A stretch of DNA of 63,989 bases, filler included, from Streblomastix strix (taxonomy: Eukaryota), in NCBI GenBank assembly GCA_008636045.1. It is 3 parts of 3 records of this genome, joined end to end, with 100 filler letters (N's around TTAATTAATTAA, not from the genome) between each part and the next. Parts side by side here need not be neighbours in the genome. Positions count along the whole stretch, not along the records: positions 43,341 to 63,989 come from SNRW01000421.1; 2 more parts are not named here. The stretch is one strand, 5' to 3'. The notes below the pieces were generated by a model. That model had not been told where the DNA came from. It ran no database searches and saw nothing but the letters and a program-made list of their open reading frames with translations. How positions within the stretch are numbered: position 1 is the stretch's first letter; each line of letters begins with the position of its first letter. Both the position numbers and the translations under genes were made by a program. Positions 55,791 through 63,989 of this stretch are shown piece by piece.

Positions 55791-56582
55791 TATTTATTGG
55801 CAAAGTTCGCATCATTTTTAAAAACTATGGCAAATCTTTCAAAATAACCATTCAGGACTAAGCACTCTCTACATGTCTACATTTAATACATCAAATTTAA
55901 ACTCTATTTTATGTGTTTTACTCTTCAATTCATCATTCTTAGGTGAAGTTTATTTCACTCACTCTATTGAATAATTCTCATGATAAATCATTACAAATAG
56001 TCATTCTGATTATTTCCGTAGACAATCTGTGTAGACAAATTTTTACATGTTAATCAAAAAGGGGTACGCTTAATCCTCAGGGTTTATTTTTCCGAGTTTG
56101 CCATACTTATTAAAAATATTGCGAACTTCGCCAATAATTTGTAGTTCCGAATGACTTTCCAAAAATAATGAGTCTCACTCCGTTCATCTCTGATTAATTG
56201 GTGAATTAGCAAATTCAATTAATGATTTCAATTAAAGAAATCAATTAACGATTTCAGTTAGCATAGTCAGTTAGCGATTAATATTAATTTTATGTTTAAA
56301 TTATTTTCCTTAGCTATTTCGTTAATTCAATAAATCAGTGATTTCAATTTATGAATTTAATTAACGATTATTTAACGATTTCAATTATCAATTATCAACT
56401 AATGCTAATGATCTAACTATTACTTTAAAGTTTAAATTAAAGATGAGCATATATTGATCTTTTCATTTAGAACTATAATTATAAGGGCAATATCAACTTT
56501 ATCTATATGCCCTTTCTATCCTACAGATAATTTAGATACTTTTAATCTTCCTTTTCTTATTGTCAATCGATAATTAGACATA

Positions 56583-56889
56583 CTAATAAACTTATTTAAT
56601 ATGATGCAACCTATATTCTTTAATTCATCTTGATTTAATACAACAAATTTTTTCGAATCATTGACTTATGTTAATTAAGATAACGATGAAATCAGTTAGC
56701 TCTTATCCTTTTACATACAGTTAAAAATTTCGACATTAACAAAAAACCAACATTTCAACACTAACATAAATGCAAAACGATTATATCATTAACTATCTAT
56801 ATGAAGTAGATTCAGATCATAAACCTTATATGAAAAAAATTAGTGAAATTGATATAATGACAACTAGAGAATTAGAATTTGGATTGGTT
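56583..56889 (+). repeat. Left arm of 307-bp inverted repeat
   Basis: Reverse complement of 63579-63885, with about 6 mismatches by eye. Confidence 0.93.
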
Positions 56890-57812
56890 TATGTAATAAA
56901 AGATTTAAAATATGTACATCTTTACCTTGATGTAGACTATACTGATGAAGATTAGTATAATTCACTAATGTAATGGTTTGATCACATAGCTATTGAACTT
57001 GGCTAATTTCTATTCATGTAGTCTTTTACGAGAAGTTTAAACAGAGAATTGATTTAAATGATATGATGAAATAAATTAAAAGTAAATATATCTATGATGT
57101 ACGCTAATGTTTGGATCCAACAGTGCATAAAGCAATTGGAAAGCGCTAATTATTTATACATGGTTTGAGTAAAAATGGTTTTGGAAAAATAACCGAATAA
57201 GTGATTGATACAAGAGGATAGTTGACTAAACTAACGGATAAAGCAAATTATTAAATAAATCAATTTAATTAATGTATTTAATATAATCAACTAATATCGA
57301 CTGATAGGAGATATTTGGTGTGTTAATGCAGTGGATCATATTTAACAGAACAAGTGAAATTTGATTAGTTATTTGATTTAGATACATAAGATAGTTATTT
57401 TGAGAATCTATTAACTTATTTCTCTATTAGAGATATAACTAATTTCAAGGTTAGAGATTTCCCGTTGACGAATGCAAATAGAAATACAATTAGATCGTGT
57501 GTTGATCCTGCAGATGAAGCTATCATCTAGCGACATAGTTAGTTTAAGAATTGATTATTGATAAATGAATAAATTAAATAATGGAAACAGAAAAAGATAA
57601 AAACAAATGATTATAAACTTATGATAAATTAACGCAGCGATAAATAAAGAAAACTAGTCGTTGGTTGGAGATAAATATTCTATAGAATGAAATCAGAATT
57701 ATATGCTAAATATGATAGATTGGTTGATGATGCTGATGAAAATAAAGGTGACTGTAATGCGGAGTCTAATTCTATCGCTAATCATAGTGCTAATGAGGAC
57801 GAATATTATTGA
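56770..57812 (+). pseudogene. Archaeo-eukaryotic primase (AEP/PrimPol-like)
   Basis: Motif I HLYLDVD (~56917-56937); after a frameshift, motif II SIHVVFY (~57008-57028) and motif III-like CLDPTVHKAIGKRQLF. Confidence 0.65.
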
Positions 57813-57954
57813 GTATTGAATTTGACTAGAGTTAATATAATTGTAATAGGAATAATTAATTAATTTTTACATATCTATCATAATTATCGTAAAATAAACT
57901 GTTTGCAATCTATGATTGGAGCAATAATGCATACTCAAAATGATATTAAATTGT

Positions 57955-58620
57955 TAACTATATACATCAACCACTCCGTTTACTGTATCACCATTAGCAT
58001 ATAACACTTCTGTTGCTAATCCTCCTGTTTTTATAAATTTAGTAGCTGTATCATCCCCATAATAAGTTAATTACTATGGATGAACGTGGTCATTTATACT
58101 ACTGGTATCAACATCAAGATAGTGGTAATGTGTGGCACTAGCATATATATTAGCTGAACCTGCTGTTCCAGTACCAGTATCTTTAAGAGGTGCTTCATTA
58201 CTTAGATTTACATGATGAGTATGGTCAGATCTAGCATAAATATTAGCTGTTGCTTTTTTACAAGTTGCAGTATCTTAGAGGGGTAAGACAGAAAAAACTT
58301 ATAGTGGATGCTTATGGTCTCCTCAAGCATAACCATTTGAAATTCATGTGACACTTTCTGCACTATCTTCTAGAGGTGTATTATCACTTGCGGGGGTTAC
58401 TTAGTCTGGTACCATTTTATCAGTTTCAACCAAATGATCTTCATAGACCCATACTTTTAATTCTTCTGCACTGTATGCATAATCACCCACAGCACTAGAT
58501 TGCAAAGCTAGTATCTCATCGTTAGTTGCAAAGTACCCTCTGAAATATGTCTACCTCGTTAGCTCTTAGTTTTTTACTTATACATCAGCCTGTAGCTACC
58601 CTATGTCTTAAATAATTGTA
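57955..58620 (-). pseudogene. Phage tail-fibre-like repeat protein
   Basis: YFRGYFATNDEI...YA*GDHKHPL...YARSDHTHHV...YASATHYHYL...DHVHP...ATKFIKTGGLATEVLYANG, with two in-frame TGA. Confidence 0.65.
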
Positions 58621-59206
58621 TTTATCTATTACTATATCTGATATCCTTATTATTCGAACAGAATTATTTTTTAAAGAAAGTCAGTATCCAATAGTTATAG
58701 ATTATTTACTACTAAAAATCCCTGTGGAGTTAGTTTCATGGCTTACACTGTGGGGTTATTTTTTTAATAATACAATATGTTATTTTAATCATCTATTATC
58801 AAATTATAATCATTTTTCTATACTACACTACTCTAAGTATTTTTCTTTGAATATTATATAAAATAACTTATATCAGAATGTATAAGTCGTTTTATTACTG
58901 ACAATTGTTATTGTGTTAATGATTATATTTTAAATAAAAATAAAAGAACATTATATCGTTAATTACCATTACTATAAATTATTTTTTTATGGGGCTAACT
59001 TCTTACTATCTGTTATTAGTCTTTCACTTCCCTCAAAAGCATAGGAATTGATTAATGTATTTAAAAAGTTATGGAGTTATATTGATGTTATACTGATAAC
59101 GAAAAGTATAATACTGTATATAATCAAATTCTTTTATTAATTTCAAAAAATAATGGAATTTGCCTTCAATTGACGAATTGTATTAGCTAATGTTGTTAGC
59201 AATAGA

Positions 59207-60435
59207 TGAAAGAGATTTAAAGTTAGCAAAATATTATCAGTATCCGATTACTTTGAAATTAATAAATTAATAGGGAAACTTCTGAAAAATGTGCAACCAT
59301 TAAAGGCTAAGGCTAGTGAAAAATAAATCATAACCATTAATCATGTTTTACTTCGTAAGGCTGTTATTCTTTTTTTAATAAATGGTTTCCTAAGATATTA
59401 ACCATATATAATTCGATAATTACAGTATGTTAAAAAAACACAAAACAAAACCTTTGATTTCAAAATAAATCTTTGTTATCAATAGAAACCACTATATAGT
59501 TGGAGCTGTTGGAAGTGGTAAAACAATATTATTGTCTAAGCTAATAATACTATATAGACATATCATCAATCCTTTTATGTTATGCTTCACCAATCAAGGT
59601 CCAGTCGAGACTATGGCAATCAATATAAATGATAATAGAGTGCTTTTTGCAAATATGACATACAATGAAGCTATGATTTTCCTACCTTAATTTGATGAAC
59701 TTAAATTTAAAGTCAAAGAGATATAAATATGTGCTATAAGTTAAAGCAAATGAATGCACATTATAATAGTGACTATATGAAAAGACTCAAACAAGAAACT
59801 TATTATTCTAATGAGTTAAAAAAGATGTGTCTAATTAATAATTTTCTGTTAAAATGAAAGAATAGTTCATGGTCTGTTGTATTTAGACCATTAACTCATA
59901 TAGTTTACCTTAAAAAGTTTCACTTTTTCTATTCCATCGCTGACATAAAACATGACATATGAAATGAGGCTAAAAATTGTTGAAACTCATGGAATAGATG
60001 CCGATGGTGGTGAAATATTCAAGGCACTAAAACTATCAATACTAACGAATGCTAAGTTGTTATCTACACTAATGATATTTGATGATATAGGTTCTAATAT
60101 AGATATACAACGATATACCTCTGAGTTATTATGTATAATAACCCATTTAGTCAGCGATAGCATACACGCATAAAAACTCTTTGCTTTTTGTTGCTTAAAG
60201 ACCTAGTTATCTTTTTAAAACTGCTAGAATATTATGTCATATAATAGTCATAGGGTCTGGAATATCAGACAGTGATATAAAGAAAGTATATGAAGAAATC
60301 AACATCAACACATTGATTGAGTAGGAGCTAATGATAGCATACTACACCTTAAATAAGTATGTATTTATTATCATTAAAAAGTATAAGAATTGGTTTGAAA
60401 CTATTAAGCAGGAGGCTGCAAAGCAGCCGACATGA
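59207..60435 (+). pseudogene. A32/FtsK-HerA packaging ATPase (second, divergent)
   Basis: Walker A YIVGAVGSGKT (~59493-59525), Walker B LMIFDDIGSN, then FAFVAQRPSYLFKTARILCHIIVIG. Frameshifted. Confidence 0.8.
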
Positions 60436-60819
60436 TTATTGGCTAAGGTTAATTAAAATCACCAATTTTTACTATAAATTTAAACGCTTTTTTAGGAAAT
60501 ATAAAGTAGAATATCATTAATGGTTATAGCTCTTAACAATCTACTAGATTGTATATTAACAATATAACAAATAAAATAGATATGGAAGATATAAGTGATA
60601 AAGTAAGAAATTCCCAATATTCATCATGTAAAATTAATAAAATAGATACCATTTATTTATGAATTTAATGGTGAAGGTAAACTTATAATAGAATTGAATT
60701 GATAATAACTTAACCTGATTAATTGATTATGCAATCTAAGTATTAAATTGTATTAACAGTTGCAGTAGTTAAATGTTGCATTGTTATTATCCCTGCAAAT
60801 TTACGAATAAAATCAACAT

Positions 60820-61560
60820 CTACATATTCCATTATTACATCTTAGTCCTTAATTCCTCCTGGTTTGGTCCAATGAAGATATTAGCAAATATATACAATGC
60901 CACAACTATATACTACTAAAGAACCTTAGCTTAATCCAACTACATTATCTCCCACATGAAACACTCTTGATTTCGTAGTTTGTGGTGAAATTAATTATCC
61001 ATTAAATTTTAATATACAACAATCACTATCGATATATGTCTCTATTTATATTTATATAATCATCATCTTTTTATATCTAAAACGAAGCATCACGAAGCCA
61101 TGTTCAAGTATCATCAAATTAAGAAGTAATTACCCAGCTATATTCTAAAGTTGATAACCCAACAATTGGCTTATTAACATTAGTATCTAAATATATGTTA
61201 CTTGGCTAACTTCCGATTCCTCTATTTATTCTTATCTCCGTTTCTTTTGTATCAATTAGTAATGATGTTGGCTATCACGTAAAATTTGAAAAAGCAAAAA
61301 GTCTTTCCTTTAGCAAAAAATCATCTATGTCTGATGTACCACCATTAGCTAGTAGAGTCTGTTTATTTATACCCCCTGTTTTGATAAGCTTGTTTGCTGC
61401 AATAGGTTATGTAAACATTATGTCTCCTGTGATAACTTAAGAAGAATTTAACGTTGCCAAATTTGATATATCAACATTTTTAGTTTTGGTATTTTAACTC
61501 AATTAAGTAAATAGTTTTTTGATCTCCGTATCAAAGAAAGAGGTTAGTCATTTTTACAAT
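60820..61560 (-). pseudogene. Second fibre-like viral protein
   Basis: NLATLNSSQVITGDIMFTQPIAANKLIKTGGINKQTLLANG shares the KxIKTGG...LxANG repeat with 57955-58620. Confidence 0.55.
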
Positions 61561-61680
61561 TTCTCTAACTACTTTACTTCCTCTTATTTTTATTGTAATT
61601 TTTTTAGTTGTTTTTGTATACTTGCTAACTCATCATCAGTAGGTTCGATTAATGGTTCAATTTATGTAAAAATAAATTGC

Positions 61681-62331
61681 TCAAAACACGTTTGGATCCA
61701 CTTCTGAAAGGGGTTTATCACTCAATCTAACGAAGTCCTTGCTAGTCCGATATAGCTTCTCAACTGAGTTCCACAACATATTATCAATTACGCTAATGCT
61801 TATATTTTTGATTAGAACCTCCATTACTCTTACTAAATCTTTCTTCTTAAATTTCTTTGCCATACATGAATGTGATTACATTAGTGGTTCTTCTAAAACT
61901 ATTTCTATATCATCTTCGTTTTCTTATGTTATCAATGCCCAAAATTTAAAGAAGTTATCATCATTCAATATGAAGTCATCTCCACGCTTTCTTGAAATAG
62001 TTACTCTTCGGATATAGTCAATAACAAATTTAAGTGCTTCAAGATTTTTATGTGCTAAGAATGTATTTTTTACTACTTCCTCAGGTTCAACTTACGCTGT
62101 TTCCCGTTCTACATCACGATACATATTTTTATCGTAATGCCTCTTAGTTCTAACTTCATCATTAGTATTGTCCACTTTAATTTCTTATTATGGAGTTGAT
62201 AAGTTTCTCTGAGCTTAATCAATTGATTATTATCTAATTTTATCTTCTTCAGATAACTCTTTTTTCATGTCTCATATCTTCTTCTTTGATTTACTCATAG
62301 GAAGCTAATTCCATTCGATACTTGTAATCAT
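61681..62331 (-). pseudogene. Hypothetical viral protein
   Basis: Single frame from ATG 62331 that includes ORF 61863-61681, with one internal TGA near 62272. Confidence 0.45.
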
Positions 62332-62365
62332 TGTAATTGATTAAAAAAAATTTATTTATTGATAA

Positions 62366-62958
62366 ATGGACAAATCACAAGCACTAAGAAAATTAAAAGA
62401 AAATAGAACTTCATTCGAGAGCTTCAACAATGGTTATATAATGTAAGTAGATGAATAAATTAAGATATATGAATGTGGTTATAAAGGACCTAAAGTAATT
62501 ACTCAAGCACAATAGAATAAGCTACTAACCATACGACCAACAGCTAAGCCCACTGACAGTAGACTAAAGTATATGGATGATGAAGACAATACAGATGAAT
62601 AAGATGATGATGTTGATAGTGAAGAAGAAATTAATCCGAAGATAAAGCCTAAAGTAATGAACAGAATCCTCAAGTAAAAACATCAATAAAAAGCTCCAAC
62701 TATTAACTACACTAATCCTTAACTAGATTTTGAAGAACAGATATGGATAAGAACATAGAATAAATTTATAAAAGAATAACACATATAAACATAGAAACAA
62801 ATATAAAAATATAAAAATAAACTTAAGTAAATGAACTACAAAGAGGTTCAATCAATCGAACAGAAGCTAGAAAAATTGAGAGAATAAAATATCCTAAGAT
62901 GAATGAGGAGTAGCCTATATAACATGAGACGTTTGTGCATGAGTTTGAACTCTACTGA
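62366..62958 (+). CDS. Hypothetical viral protein with acidic tract
   Basis: MDKSQALRKLKENRTSFESFNNGYIMQVDEQIKIYECGYKGPKV... open when TAR is read as Gln. Confidence 0.45.
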
Positions 62959-63073
62959 TCCATATATAATTTATTTTTCCATTGCTGGTTTTCCAATATT
63001 GCATCTACAATGCTTGATTTCACTTGTTCTAGACTGCAGTCAGCCCTTGGCTGGCTTTCCGTAGGAAGTCCGT

Positions 63074-63270
63074 GTATGCTGTTTTAGAGCACTGTAGCAT
63101 TTATGTGGTATGCTGTTTTAGAGCACTGTAGCACGTAAGTGTAAACCGTCTTCGCATAAACGTATTGGTTATGAAAAGCACTATGTTCTACTAGTGTGTG
63201 TAGAGCACTGTAGCACTGATGTGAAAGACTGATGCTACATAGACGTTTTCGTTATGAAAACCACCATGGA
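63074..63270 (+). repeat. Short direct-repeat array (TAGAGCACTGTAGCA x3)
   Basis: 26-nt GTATGCTGTTTTAGAGCACTGTAGCA at 63074 and 63108, with the core again at 63201. Degenerate ~82-nt duplication with GTTATGAAAA twice. Confidence 0.85.
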
Positions 63271-63578
63271 AAATAGTTTTTTTATAACAATTTGGGAATA
63301 TTGATAGGACAAAAAATTTTGTTAGGCTAGTAATAAAACAATAAGTGGTGTGTAAGGAAAATCTTAGTAATTACTTTTTGAAGTGATTACTGTCAATATG
63401 CTTTTAATGTTTTTGTTATAGACTTTAGAGATTGTTTTTGAACGGGAGGCGATAGCCTGAAGAGAGGAAACTATAATAAATACAATAATAAAAATAAAAA
63501 TAAAAAAATGGGGATTATGGCGTTGCTTCAAGATAGGACAAAGATATTTAGTTATTTTCTAAACACTTTTTTTACTCC

Positions 63579-63885
63579 AACCAATCCAAATTCTAATTCT
63601 CTAGTTGTCATTATATCAATTTCACTAATTTTTTTCATATAAGGTTTATGATCTGAATCTACTTCATATAGATAGTTAATGAAATAAACGTTTTGCATTT
63701 ATGTTAGTGTTGAAATGTTGGTTTTTTGTTAATGTCGAAATTTTTAACTGTATGTAAAAGGATAAGATCTAACTGATTTCATCGTTATCTTAATTAACAT
63801 AAGTCAATGATTCGAAAAAATTTGTTGTTTTAAATCATGATGAATTAAAGAATATAGGTTGCTTCATATTAAATAAGTTTATTAG
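63579..63885 (-). repeat. Right arm of 307-bp inverted repeat (contains an inverted copy of the primase 5' end)
   Basis: Reverse complement of 56583-56889. Confidence 0.93.
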
Positions 63886-63989
63886 AGATAATGTGTAAAA
63901 AATTTGGAGGCTAAGATTTTCCGTAGGAATTTGCCCTCATTCGTCCCTGCAAAATGACCATCACCATCAACGCATAAATTCAATCATTT

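Larger units (their letters stand above)
56200..63885. mobile_element. Endogenous Polinton-like/virophage-like DNA virus (degenerate)
   Basis: Intronless gene cluster with an AEP primase, two fibre-like genes, an A32 ATPase and hypotheticals, plus a long inverted repeat. Confidence 0.7.

Noticed and set aside
63074..63216. CRISPR array (GTTTTAGAGC-like repeats)
   Set aside because: Only 2-3 units, gaps of 8 and ~67 nt, permuted words, no cas genes, and a eukaryotic context.

Overview
AT-rich eukaryotic (protist) DNA that reads with TAA/TAG = Gln and TGA as the only stop, so the supplied standard-code ORF track fragments almost every gene. Code, intron style and gene content fit an oxymonad such as Streblomastix (inference). 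The window is three separate contigs joined by artificial 100-nt N44-TTAATTAATTAA-N44 linkers: 1-21589, 21690-43240 and 43341-63989. Host genes: a giant (~3700 aa) DDB1/RSE1/CPSF160-type beta-propeller gene, ELF1, RRP1/Nop52, SPAG6/PF16, three SPRY-like genes (one with about seven zinc fingers), a Cys-rich surface protein and hypotheticals. Mobile DNA: three to four decayed DIRS-type retroelements, an intron-containing hAT transposase pseudogene, and endogenous DNA-virus material. The latter comprises a Maverick/Polinton-like block (A32 ATPase, putative major and minor capsid; ~32.6-38.4 kb), a second capsid fragment (43.6-44.3 kb), and a distinct virus-like element (~56.2-63.9 kb) with an AEP primase, A32 ATPase, phage-tail-fibre-like genes, a 307-bp inverted repeat and a short repeat array. 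All calls come from hand translation and motif recognition, without database searches.
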